Below are positions 13,179-24,812 of a DNA stretch of 64,000 nt, piece by piece; position 1 is the first letter of the stretch; every line of letters starts with the position of its first letter. This stretch comes from Lama glama (taxonomy: Eukaryota). Location of the stretch: NCBI GenBank assembly GCA_028534125.1, contig CM052816.1:92258001-92322000 (forward strand). The letters run 5' to 3'. Under the pieces are notes generated by a model, which worked only from the letters and a program-made list of their open reading frames with translations, was not told the origin of the DNA and did not search any database. The position numbers and the translations under genes were made by a program.

Positions 13179-14287
13179 ATGGGAATTGCTTGTGGATCTC
13201 TGAGGACCAAACTGATCTTTATTGATTAAATAATCCATTCAAATCAAATACAGTACTATAAGAAAGATTGCATTACTGTACCCTTGCACAATGTTGATCA
13301 AATCTACTGTATCCGATAGACAAATTTAATCAAAAAATTACCCAGTATTTAAGGATAACAAAACTAAATAATAAAGACTTGCCCAGCCTCCTGTCAATTA
13401 ATCTGCCATTGTCCCAGAAATAACCCATGCCTGAAACGAATACAATGACAATTCTGTCTCAGAAAGTTCTCATTATAAAAGACCTCCCAGAGAGGTGGTA
13501 GAGGGGGCGAGGAAGAGGGAGACTGGTTTTAGAAAAACACAGCATATTTAAATTAAATTAAACACTATATTTGAGGACTGTTTGAGACTTTCACACCATT
13601 TAAGACTAAACTCAATACCTTTTCTTTTAGTTAGTCCAAGATTTCTAGTAGTTGTTCTGTTTGTTGTTTCTATTTTGTTTGTTCCAAGCGTAGAGAAGGC
13701 AGGGCTGTTTCCCTGTTAACGGGTAGGGTTGAAAGTAAAACTTTTATAGTCACTCATGAAAATGAGCCCAGTTATGAATTTTATTTTAGTTGAAAAAATA
13801 CCACACGCTAAGCAGAGGTCAATCTTAACAAGATCATAAAGTAGGAAGAAGTGGCAGAACAAGCCTGGCCCGACGCCCATCACAGAAAACCCACTGTGCT
13901 CGCTGCTGTCATGCTAGGTAGCTGTTCTGCACCCTGGAAAACATCATTTCAGTTTTGTTCTTGGAGCCTGAACTATTTTAATCCTTGTTGCTGCTAAAAT
14001 ACACAAAATGTTCCATAAACATATATGAGCGCAGGAGCAATGAGGAAATAGAAATGGGGCAAAGATGAGCCAATTCTGAAGGTTTAACATGAAACCTGAA
14101 ATGGTCTCATGTTGCAAAAATAGATACCATGCAATCTACCATGTATTTAATCAGTTTCCTGTTATTATGAGGCATGTATACAGATTGTCAGTTCATTTCC
14201 TATTATTAGGAATTGCAGAATGCAAGAGCTGGAAACACTTTTATATTTTAGGGTAAAGCATTAAAAATAACAAAAAGAAAAATTTCC

Positions 14288-14950
14288 TTCTTTAAAAAAC
14301 TAAAAAGACTTAACATATAATCCAGCAATCCCACTCCTGGGCATATATATTGGAGGGAACTCTAATTTGAAAAGATACATGCACTCTAATGTTCATTGCA
14401 GCACTATTTACAATAACCAAGACATAGAAACAACCTAAATCGTCATCAACAAGTGACTGATAAAGAAGTTGTGGTATATTTATGCAATGGAATGCTACTC
14501 AGTCATAAAAAAGAATAAAATAATACCATTTACAGCAACATGGATGGACCTGGAGATCACTATTCTAAGTGAAGTAAGCCAGAAAGAGAAAGAAAAATAC
14601 CATATGATATCACTCATATGTGGGATCTTAAAAAATGACACAAATGAGCTTATTTACAAAACAGAGACATATTCATAGCCATAAAAAATGAACTTTTGGT
14701 TACCTGGGGGAAAAGGAGGCAGGAAGGGGATAAATTGGAAGTTTGAGATTTGCAGATACTAACTACTACATATAAAATAGATAAATAATAAGTGTCTACT
14801 GTAGCACAGGGAACTATATTCAATATCTTGTAGTAGCCTATAATGAAAAAGAATATGAAAACAAATATATGTATGTCTATGTATGACTGAAACATTATTC
14901 TGTACACCAGAAATTGACACAACATTGTAAACTGACTATACTTCAATAAA
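14288..14950 (+). mobile_element. L1 (end of ORF2 plus 3'-UTR), older of a nested pair
   Basis: ORF 14469-14678 reads MWYIYAMECYSVIKKNKIIPFTATWMDLEITILSEVSQKEK, the L1 ORF2 C-terminus; ends actgactatacttcaataaaa. Confidence 0.95.
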
Positions 14951-14961
14951 AAAGAAAGTAA

Positions 14962-16473
14962 TCAAAACAATGTGGTATTGGTAAAAAACAGACATATGGA
15001 CCAATGGAACAGAACAGAGAGCCCAGAAATGAACTCACAAACTTTCAGTCAACTAATCTTTGACAAAGGAGGCAAGAATATATAATGGAATAAAGACAGT
15101 CTCTTCAGCAAATAGTGTTGGGAAAACTGGACAGCAGCATATAAATCAATGAAGCTAGGACACTCCCTTACACCATACACAAAGATAAACTCAAAATGGA
15201 TCAAAGACTTAAACATAAGACAAGATATAATAAACCTCCTAGAGGAAAATATAGGCAAAACATTATCTCACATACATCTCAAAAATGTTCTCCTAGGGCA
15301 GTCTACCCAAGCAATAGAAATAAAAGCAAGAATAAACAAATGGGACCTAATGAAACTTATAAGCTTCTGCACAGCAAAGGAAACCATAAATAAAACAAAA
15401 CAACCACCTACGGAATGGGAGAAAGTTTTTGCAAATGATGAAACTGACAAAGGCTTGATCTCCAGAATATATAAGCAGCTCATATGACTTAATAAGAAAA
15501 AAACAAACAAACCCATCCAAAAATGGGCAAAAAACTTAAGCAAGCAATTCTCCAAGGAAGAAATACAAATGATCAATAGGCACATGAAAAAAATGCTCAA
15601 TATCACTAATTATCAGAGAAATACAAGTCAAAACTACAATGAGGTATCACCTCACACCAGTCAGGATGGCCATCATTCAAAAGTCCATGAATGATAAATG
15701 CTGGAGAGGGAGTGGAGAAAAGGGAACCCTCCTACACTGTTGGTGGGAGTGCAATCTGGTGCAGCTGTTACAGTATGGAGGTTCTTCTAAAAACTAAAAA
15801 TAGACTTAACATCTGATCCACCAGTCCCACTCCTGGGCATACATCTGGAGGGAACTCTAATTCAAAAAGATACATGCACCCCAGTGTTCAAAGCAGCACT
15901 ATTTACAACAGCCAAGACATGGAAACAGCCTAAATGTCCATCAACACATGACTGGATAAAGATGTGGTATATTTCTACAATGGAATACTATTCAGCCATA
16001 AAAAACAACAACATAATGCCATTTGCGGCAACATGGATGTCCCTGGAGAACGTCATTCTAAGTGAAGTAAGCCAGTAAAGGAAAGAAAAATACCATATGA
16101 AACTGCTCATAAATGGACTCTTAAAAAAAAAAAAGAAGAAGAACATAAATACAAAACAGAAACAGAATCATAGACATAGAATACAAACTTCCAACGGGGA
16201 AGGGGGTAGGAAGGGACAGACTGGGAGTTCAAAATTTGTAAATACTGACAGGCATATGCAGAATAGTTAAATAAGATTATACTGTATAGCACAGGGAAAT
16301 ATATACAAGATCTTGTGGTAGCTCACAGTGAAAAAACAATGACAATGAATATATGTATGTTTGTGTATAACTGAAAAATTGTGCTCTACACTGGAATTTG
16401 ACACAACATTGTAAAATGACTGTAACTCAATGAAAAAAATTTAAAAAATTTTAAAAAGGAAAAAAATAAGTAA
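14962..16473 (+). mobile_element. Younger 5'-truncated L1 (~1.5 kb, ORF2 C-terminal region plus 3'-UTR), frameshifted
   Basis: ORF 15149-15487 LTPYTKINSKWIKDLNIR...KWDLMKLISFCTAKET and ORF 15884-16078 AKTWKQPKCPST are L1 ORF2; perfect 17-bp TSD aataaaaaagaaagtaa at 14945-14961 and 16474-16490. Confidence 0.95.
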
Positions 16474-18360
16474 AATAAAAAAGAAAGTAAAGTGCTTATT
16501 AAAACTGAAAATTATATATTTATTTTCAGTTTAAAAAGCACAGATAAAATCAGTATGTTTCTGATACACCAGAAACAGTAAGAAAATATAAAAGAAAATA
16601 TATTATTCAAAAAGTAATTATATGAATTATAAAGTACTTATAAGTAAAATATAAATATTTCATCTGTTATAAAAATATACAAAATTGTGATGAATATAAA
16701 AATAAAATGTTATAATCAATTACTTAACAAAATAAATATCTCTCATCTGTAATAAAAAAAAGAAATAAAGAAAGAAAGAAAGAAAAATCTCCCAGATCAG
16801 GTGAAAAGAAATGATAGTGGTGATGTTATCTTTTATTGACCATCCAGAAAAATTGGAAAATGTCATAGAGAGACAAGTTCCATTCTGCCTTATTGTACAC
16901 TACCTTCAAAGAACATGCCAGGAAAAAGAAATGTAATCCTGCTAGCCACTTTTTATCTATATCATATTGCTGAGTATTCTTATTGTCTCAAAATGCAACC
17001 CTAGGGTGATTTTTTAACCTCTGCACAGTCTCTCTTAAAGACAAACCTCAGGTGGATTTAGCTCTAAAGGGGTCACAGAAGCTTCTTTAATCTTACAGCA
17101 CAGTGAATGTACACGGTGACAGGAATCTGATATGGCAGATCAAAGACTCGCCCCCGAAAGCACTGTTGTGATTTCCTCTTCAGCGTAGTACCTCTCCATA
17201 AGCATGCCTTAGGGGTTAAAATGTGTTGTTCCAACCCATGAAAAGAAGAGCTGATGAACAGGCTAGTTTTGTGCAGCCACTGAGAAGGTAGTCATCATTT
17301 CAAAATCCTAACGCTCCCTCCATCCTCAGTTTTGTTTATGGGTCAGGAAGTTCCAAGCACGTTGAGTTTCCATCTGTATATCTGAAAAAAAATGTTGTGC
17401 TATCATTTTGTTCATAGAATGGTTAGAGCTAGACTTGGACGTGTCCCTGGAGAGCATCAATCTTCACCTCATCTCATAAATGAGGAAATGGAAACCTGAA
17501 GAAAAGAAAAGGATTTTCCTAAGGATCACACACTCAGCCATATGCAGAACAAGGATGAAAAATCAGGTCTGTAGACTTTTAGCTGAATATTCCTTCCATT
17601 TATGAGAAATAAGCACACTTGAAGCTTTTGAACTAGATATGCTTCCTTGTACCAATGCTGCTAATGATAGGATGTGGAAAACAGATATGGAAATTGAGAC
17701 TTATGCCTTCTAAGCATGTCGAGGTACTTTGTGGCACATTTCTGTCATCTAGTTAAAGAGAGCATCACTGAAAGTCACAAGAGCTTACAAAAGATATTCT
17801 GGTAAGAGTCATCAAGGGTTCCATGACGTTTAAACCCCTGGCAGCAATGATCACATGTTAAATTGCTATACAGAGTCCCAGAAAAAACAGCAAATATTGC
17901 TTAATAACAGCTAGACATTCTCTCATGTCATTCTGTTGGGTTTTTTTTTTTTCCATCCACTCTCATGAAAACCTCCAGGATAGTCATCACCATCCTTGAG
18001 TTTAATGCAACTTGCTTATGATCCAGATGCATTTCACCCCAGAAGTTAATATAGTGTGGAAATTTCTAGATGGAGCATAGTAGCTCTGACAAAGAAAAGT
18101 AATGTAAACTCAACCATCATTTTAAAAACGTCTGCTCAGCACCTGCACTGTACTAGGTACGGCATTAGACGCTACAAGTAACCAAAAAAAAAAAAAAAAA
18201 GAGCAAACATTGACCTTTGCCCTCAAAAATTTTATAAACTTTAACAAATTGTTAAGTGTTAGTGAAGTAAATAAAATGCTAAGAGAACACAGAAAAAAAG
18301 CTACTAATTCAGGGCCAAGGGAAAAACCAAGAGGTTGTAAGGATGGCTTTCTAGAGGAGG

Positions 18361-19049
18361 TGTTTCTGCTATTTATTGTTGTTTAACAAACTACGCCAAA
18401 ATGTAGTCATTTAAAACAATAATGACATTTATTTTGCTCCTGAGTCTGCAGTTTGATCAGGACTCAGTGGGGACAGCTCGTCTTTGCTCCACTCAGTGTC
18501 AGCTGGGCCTTCTCGGAAGTTTGTTGATTCACATCTTTGGAGACTGATGCTGATCCTTGCCTGGGACCTTACCTGGGGATGGCTAGAATACACATCTATG
18601 TGTAGCATTTCCACGCTACCTGGGCTCCCTTAGAGCGTGGTGGCTGAGTTTCAAGGGTGAGTTTCCTTCAAAGAGAGTCGGCCCTTTTCGCTCTCTCCCC
18701 TTTGGAGACGGCCCGCACTCTGTGGTGTGTGTACCTACTTTTACTCTAACCTGAGCACCCAATCCCCACACCTCTTTCCTTGCCTTTCTCTTGCCTTATA
18801 CTCTATGCAGTATGTATCTCTCTAAATAAATCTACCTTTACTCAAAAAAAAAAAAAGAGAGAGAGTCAGCGGGAGCCATATGACCTATGACCTGCCTCAG
18901 AAGTCACACTTCAACTTTGCCACATTCTATTTATTGACATGGTCACAAAATATTGTCCACCACTTGAGGGAGAAATGGTGAAGTTCTAAAAGAGCTTGCA
19001 GGATCGGAAATACTGCTGCAGCCAATTTTGAAAAGTAAAATATAACACA
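18361..19049 (-). mobile_element. MLT1-family MaLR solo LTR with an internal insertion
   Basis: TG...CA termini; MLT1 motifs (ttaaaacaataatgacatttattttgctc; gcctcagaagtcacacttcaactttgccacattctattt); 5-bp flanks ggagg/gcagg. Confidence 0.75.
18682..18856 (+). mobile_element. Polyadenylated retrocopy of an LTR-like R-region fragment
   Basis: AATAAA at 18825-18830, A13 tail at 18844-18856, flanked by aagagagtcgg and agagagagagtcag (TSD-like). Confidence 0.65.
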
Positions 19050-19729
19050 GCAGGTAATTATTGAGCTAGACCTTGAAGGATGAGAATTTTTTTCCAGGTA
19101 AAGACAGGAATGTTTAGGCAGAGAGAAGACAAAGAATATAACCATGTGGATGGAACTGCGCAGCATGTTACAGGACCATAAATAATCTAGAAATCACAGA
19201 GAAAGTGTTTAAAACTCACTAATTAGAACAATTTTTTCCATGAATGTGAAAAAGATAAAAATAAAATAAAAATATAAAAATCATTTATGATATGCCAGGC
19301 ACTGTGCAAAATACTTTCTATTTAATCCTCACAATAATCCCAAATAGTAAGGATTACATCCCCAATTTAATGAGGAAATTGAAGTTCTGAAAATTACAAT
19401 ATCTGCATAGCCAGTAAGAGGATTCCATCCTAGGTCTATGTGATTCCACAGCTCACAGTCTTAACAACAATGTCATCCTAAAAACTGAAAAAGGAGAACT
19501 AAATCTGAGTGGAAAACCTAGGGCAATCGTATTGGTTGAGGGATTGCCAGCTGATAACCCCCAAACCTCAGCAGATTAGCATAGCTGAGCTTTATTTCTG
19601 CTCATGAAAATTCTGAAATGGATGTTTCTGATCAAGATTCTCCTTCAAGAAATTATTCAATGATCTATGCTTCTTCTCTCTTCTGATTCCACTGTCTTCC
19701 ACATTTTCCCTCCAACATTGCCTTTGGGT

Positions 19730-20029
19730 TTTATGTTTGTTTGTTTGTTTGTTTTGTTTTTTTTGAAGTATAGTCAGTTTACAACATTGTGTCAATTTCT
19801 GGTGTACAGCATAATGTTTCAGTTATACATATACATACATACATTTGTTTTCATATTCTTTTTCATTATAGGTTACTACAAGATATTGAATATAGTTTCC
19901 TGTGCTACACAGAAGAAATTTGTTGTTTACCGCTTTTATATATAGTAGTTAGTATCTGCAAATCTCAAACTCCCAGTTTATCCCTTCCCACTCCCCTGGA
20001 AACCATAAGTTTGTTTTCTATGTCTGTGA
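19730..20029 (-). mobile_element. L1 3'-UTR fragment
   Basis: (TTTG)n tail, then gaagtatagtcagtttacaacattgtgtcaatttctggtgtacagc...aaccataagtttgttttctatgtctgtga. Confidence 0.9.
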
Positions 20030-20879
20030 CAAGGTTGCCTTTGAAAAGGAAGGAGCTTGGGGATTTTAGGGCTTAGGCTTGGAAATGGCACCCTTCACCT
20101 CCACTCACAGTCCATGGACTAGAACTCAGTCACATGACCGTATGTGACTGCAAAGGAGTCTGGGAAATGTGCCTTGGCCACAGCAGTTTAGCATAGAAAG
20201 TCACTCTCTCATAAAGCTATGAAATCTGCTCAAAGTACTGAGAGGTTTTACAGAAATAAATAAGCACCTAACTCATGTTATTTAAAGCAGTGGATTTTGA
20301 TTCATTTCTCCTCATTCTAAGGTATGGAATTTTGGAAAGCATGAGCATATAATCCAAACATGAACTCATCAGAAATCATTTCCCGTGTTTTTAAGTGAGG
20401 TGATAAATATTTCATAACAAATACCACAGTTATAAATATTATATAATGAATATTACAGTCCATACTGTGTTATTCATTATATAATCCAATAGGCTGAGTC
20501 GATACAATCCGCTTCGTTAACTGTTGCCAAAAACAAAAGTGAATAAATATTTTGGATTTCCAATAGCTGAGCTAATCTGTAATTAAGAATTAATAAGAAG
20601 TAAAAGCACAACACACATGTAAATGATATTAAAAAATCCCACATTTTGGATTTTGGTGATTTAAACTTTTACACTATCCACCTTGACTGCTTTTATCTAG
20701 ACCTTCCGTATCTGCCCCCAGGTGTATTACCTCTCCTCTCATTGTCCCTAAACACTAGATGAATGCCCTCATCTCAGGGTCTTTGGTCTGGGGAAACAGC
20801 TGGAACTTTTCCCGGTATCATTCATAGAAAAAGAAAGATAATCTACCCATGATGGAGCATACAGTTGGAAAATGCCTCT

Positions 20880-20922
20880 TCACACTGATTTTGAGTCTGT
20901 GGAACTTATTTGCAATCCTGAC
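20880..20922 (-). CDS. Candidate terminal coding exon of an unidentified minus-strand gene: (G)SGLQISSTDSKSV*
   Basis: Strong acceptor tctcttcttttccag|G; phase-compatible with the candidate exon at 22096-22178; TGA at 20880-20882. No homology recognised. Confidence 0.25.
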
Positions 20923-21492
20923 CTGGAAAAGAAGAGATCCCAAATGCTGCCCAGGACCAAATGGTAGACTACAGAGGAGAGAGTCATGGATCATTACACA
21001 GTTCTAAAATTGAAATTTTGCAGATGGATGAAATGAGTCTGAGCTCAGTTACCTTGGAAAAAAACAGAACTACACTCTAAGAATTCTCTTTATACTATCT
21101 AGAAAGAGTGTATTAAGGGAACTACCAAAGCTGAGAATCATTCATCTTTATCCTCATCCCATTCCACTCTAACACGACATAAAACCACTAAGTCATAATA
21201 GAACAGATTTTGGTTAAGCACAATAAAACCTTAGGGGATGATTCACTAATAAGAACAGGAAACAATGAGAAAGCTTTGGGTCTGCTAATTAGTACCATCA
21301 GGGCAGCAATATAGCATGTCTTTTTGGTAGATCCTTTCAAACTCCTATTGTAAACATATCGTGCTTTTGTAGGATGAGCTGAAATCAGCTGGCATCACCT
21401 TCAAAAATGCAGTTGTCTCTGGAGGCCACATTTCCACTTCAGATGATCTTCTCAGAAGACCCCCACCCTCCCCTCCATATCCTGAAGGAGGT

Positions 21493-21830
21493 TGCTTGGA
21501 CTGAGTCTTTGTGTCCCTTCAAAATTCAGATGTTGACACCTAATCCCCAAAGTGAAGATGAACAGAGGTGGGGCCTTTGGAAGGTAACTAGGTCATGAAT
21601 GGAAGTCGTGCGCTTATAAGAAGAGACATGAAGAGAGATGGTCTCTCTACCGTGTGAGAACACAGCAAGAAGGCAGCCACCTGTGAAGCAGAAACAGAGC
21701 TCTCACCAGGAACCAAACTGGCCAGCACCTTGATCTTGAACTTCTCGGCTTCCAGAACATGAGAAATAAATGTTGTTTAAGCCACTCAGTCTATGGCATT
21801 CCGCTGGAGCAGCCTGAATGGACTAACAGA
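21493..21830 (+). mobile_element. MLT1A-type MaLR solo LTR
   Basis: tgcttggactgagtctttgtgtcccttcaaaattc...caccttgatcttgaacttc...gagaaataaatgttgtttaagccactcagtctatgg; 5-bp TSD GAGGT at 21488-21492 and 21831-21835. Confidence 0.9.
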
Positions 21831-22095
21831 GAGGTTAAAGCCAGAATCACTTTGATGCCAAAAGTAGAGTCCCAGCTTCTCAAATCGGCTTTCCCTTGGC
21901 CCATTTCTTAGGAGAAATGGTGCTTCTCACTCTATCTGTGTTTACAAACCAGGCTATATGGGGTAGAGGAAAGAAGGTACAGCAGAAACAAAGGTTCTTC
22001 AAAACCTCAAGTACACCCATCTAAGAGCAGAACAAGGCAAAGGGAAACAAAGTTACGGGGCTGTCACCTTACCCAGCACTCAGGTACAGACTCAC

Positions 22096-22178
22096 CCGTT
22101 ACATGCTTTCTCTTCCGCTTTCTCTTCCAAAGGCTTGTAGGTTAGAAATATTTCATCAGTTTCGGGAGACCCAAAGAG
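22096..22178 (-). CDS. Candidate internal coding exon LFGSPETDEIFLTYKPLEEKAEEKACN(G)
   Basis: Acceptor tctttttcgtatcatacag, donor GG|gtgagt; 83 nt; only one frame is open; non-repetitive sequence. Confidence 0.4.
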
Positions 22179-22699
22179 CTGTATGATACGAAAAAGATCA
22201 CAAGTAATACGGAGACTTTTTCAACAACTATTTCAAACATAGAAGGAAAATTATGTCGATTTCATCGACTTCAGATATAAAGACATAGAAATAATCCCAA
22301 TTCTAGTCATCTCTTGTTATTTATTTACATTTCCTAGCAGTATTAGCTATGATAGCAAAAAGAGGAAAAAAGATGGAAGCAACCCAAGTATTCAGCAATG
22401 AGGAGGATAGTCCAGTAAATCACAGTAAAAACAATCATAATAACTAACAGCTTCTGAGAGCTTATTTTGTGCCAGGCACTATGCTGTGCAATTTAGGTTA
22501 TCTTGGCCAGTCTTCACAATAATCCCCATTTCATATTCGACGAATTTTCACAGAGGACAAACCTCTTAACAAAGAGGTAAAGTAACTTACCTGAGATCAC
22601 AGCACTAATTCATAGAAGTCTGGAGTTAAACTCAAGACTCCAGCATCCCTGTTTTGAAGCGTTCCATTATGCTGCTATCTGATAAGATCTGGTCTCAGA

Positions 22700-23480
22700 A
22701 AGGCATGTATCATCTCTAGGAGAGGCAGATGTGTCAACTAAAATAACTGCAATACCTTGTACTAAGTACGATTATAGAATTAAGCATCGAGGAAAGCTTC
22801 ACAAATAAAGTGATTCATCTGCTCAATTTTCCAGATCAGATCGATAGACAAGAGAAGAAAGAGGAAGTGGGGACATTCTCAAGAGAAGAAAACATGTGTG
22901 CAACGGCCCAGGAGAAAGTATAGAGACGTGAAACAGCTTGGCAGGTACGAGGAGGGACAAGTGGTACAAATGACGGAACGTTCCACAGGGGCACGACTAC
23001 GACTGAGGCTGGAGATTAAGACCTAATCACAAGAGCCCTTGGCTAACTGGGCTTGGGTAACCAGGAGAAGGACTTGAAGGGGAAGTAAGAACCAAATGCT
23101 CATTTTAGAAAGACGCATTTCAGAACAGTGAGGGGATGGCTCAGCGAGAGCAAACTTTGGAGGCAAAGAGCTACGGTACACGGTTCCAGCAGCAATGGTC
23201 CAGGCAAGTGATGGTGAAGTCTCAGATAAAGACGAGGGAATGGGCAGCAGATGTTAAGTTCAGAAGATATTTAAGAAGTAGAATCAGTCAGACGTGATGA
23301 ATGATCACATGTGTGAAGAAGGGGTCTAAACTGACTTCCAAATTTTGGCCTCAGATGACTGAGTCGCTGGTAGTATCACTAGTCGAGATAGTGAAAACAG
23401 AAGAATTTGAGGGCCACCTGCTGAGTTTACGTGCCTGTAGGACACCCAGGGTAGATGCTTACGAAGGTCTGAAGCCCAGA
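22700..23480 (-). mobile_element. Degenerate L2 LINE
   Basis: L2-like purine-rich stretch (gcaatggtccaggcaagtgatggtg...gatatttaagaagtagaatcag...gtagtatcactagtcgagatag). Confidence 0.6.
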
Positions 23481-23579
23481 GCAGAGGTCGTGCATTTTAG
23501 CACCCACTGGTCCTTTGCACATGTTAAGGGAGCATTCCTAAGAATGCACAACCACAGCTTGTCTTAAGGAAGGAAGTTG

Positions 23580-24305
23580 AAATACAGCTGAAAACCCTGC
23601 ACATTGTGTGTAAAACAAACGGCAGTAGAGCCCAGAAAGTGGAGAGCAAAGGACATCCTACAGAGACCCGGGGCCCCCGGGGTAACACTATGCCAAGTGC
23701 CCCCGGCTTTCCTTTTGCCTCACAAATCCCAGGCAGGGGCCTGGAGAGGCCAGCAATGCAGAAACCACAGGGGGAACAGACCAAAAAGAAAAAGTTGCTC
23801 CCTCTGTTTGAAGGACCAGGAAAGGGATAACCTAGCAAGACAGAAAGTTTCGACAATAACAGCCTTACCCCAGCCAACACCACGGAAAAGACATGGCCCC
23901 GCCCTTTCTTCCATCAGCTAAGGCCAAGCGGGAGCCCAGCTTTCCCCTCGAGCTCATTCTCAATATGACAAGTTTATAAAGATGGAGAACAGATTAGTGG
24001 CTGCCAAGGGTTAAAAATGGTGTGGGAGGGGCGAGGTAATTATAAAGGAAGCACGAGGGCCATCTTTGTGGAGATGGAATAATTCTGTATCTTTATTGCA
24101 GCGGTGTTTATATGAATATACACATATGACAAAAGGCAAAAACACACACACACGCATTGTACCAATGTCAGTTTGCTGGCTTTGGTATCACACGATAGTT
24201 GTGTAAGATGTAACCACTGGGGGAAACTGGATGAAGGGTGCCCAGAATCTCTGTACTATTTTTGCAAGTTCCTGAGAATCTATAATTATTTCCAAATAAA
24301 AAGTT
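23580..24305 (+). mobile_element. Old L1M (L1MC/MD-like) pieces
   Basis: 3' end atggagaacagattagtggctgccaaggg...gtaagatgtaaccactgggggaaactggatgaaggg...tataattatttccaaataaaaag. Confidence 0.7.
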
Positions 24306-24454
24306 TCAAGTTTTCCTACACCAACACACAAAGCACAAAGTCGTGTATGGAAAAGGACCACCAGGTTATATTTGGTTTAGTCCTTTTCTTACTTGTGCTT
24401 TATTATAGTGGTTTTGCGTTTATTAAAATTACAGCAGTTCAACAAAAGGATGAA

Positions 24455-24752
24455 CCTAATCTATAAACCAGAAACAGACTCACAGACCTAGAAAACAATC
24501 TATGGTTACCAAAGGGGAAAGTGAGGAAAGGATAAATTAGGAGTTTGGGATTAACATATACACACTTGAAATAAACAACAAGGACCTACTGTACAGCACA
24601 GAGAACTATATTCAATATTGTGTAATAATCTATAATGGGAAAGAACCTTAAAAAGAATTTATATACATATATATGTATAACTGAATCACTTTGCTGTACA
24701 GCTGAAACTAATACAACACTGTAAATCAACTATACTTCAATTTAAAAAAAAA
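24455..24752 (+). mobile_element. L1 3'-UTR fragment
   Basis: cagaaacagactcacagacctagaaaacaatctatggttacc...gtaaatcaactatacttcaatttaaaa. Confidence 0.9.
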
Positions 24753-24756
24753 AGGA

Positions 24757-24812
24757 TGCATGCACAAGGTCCTGGGTTCGATCCCCAGTATCTCCATTAA
24801 AAGAAAAAGAAA
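24757..24812 (+). mobile_element. 5'-truncated camelid tRNA-derived SINE
   Basis: gcatgcacaaggtcctgggttcgatccccagtatctccattaaaa contains a B-box and matches the copy at 48222. Confidence 0.8.
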
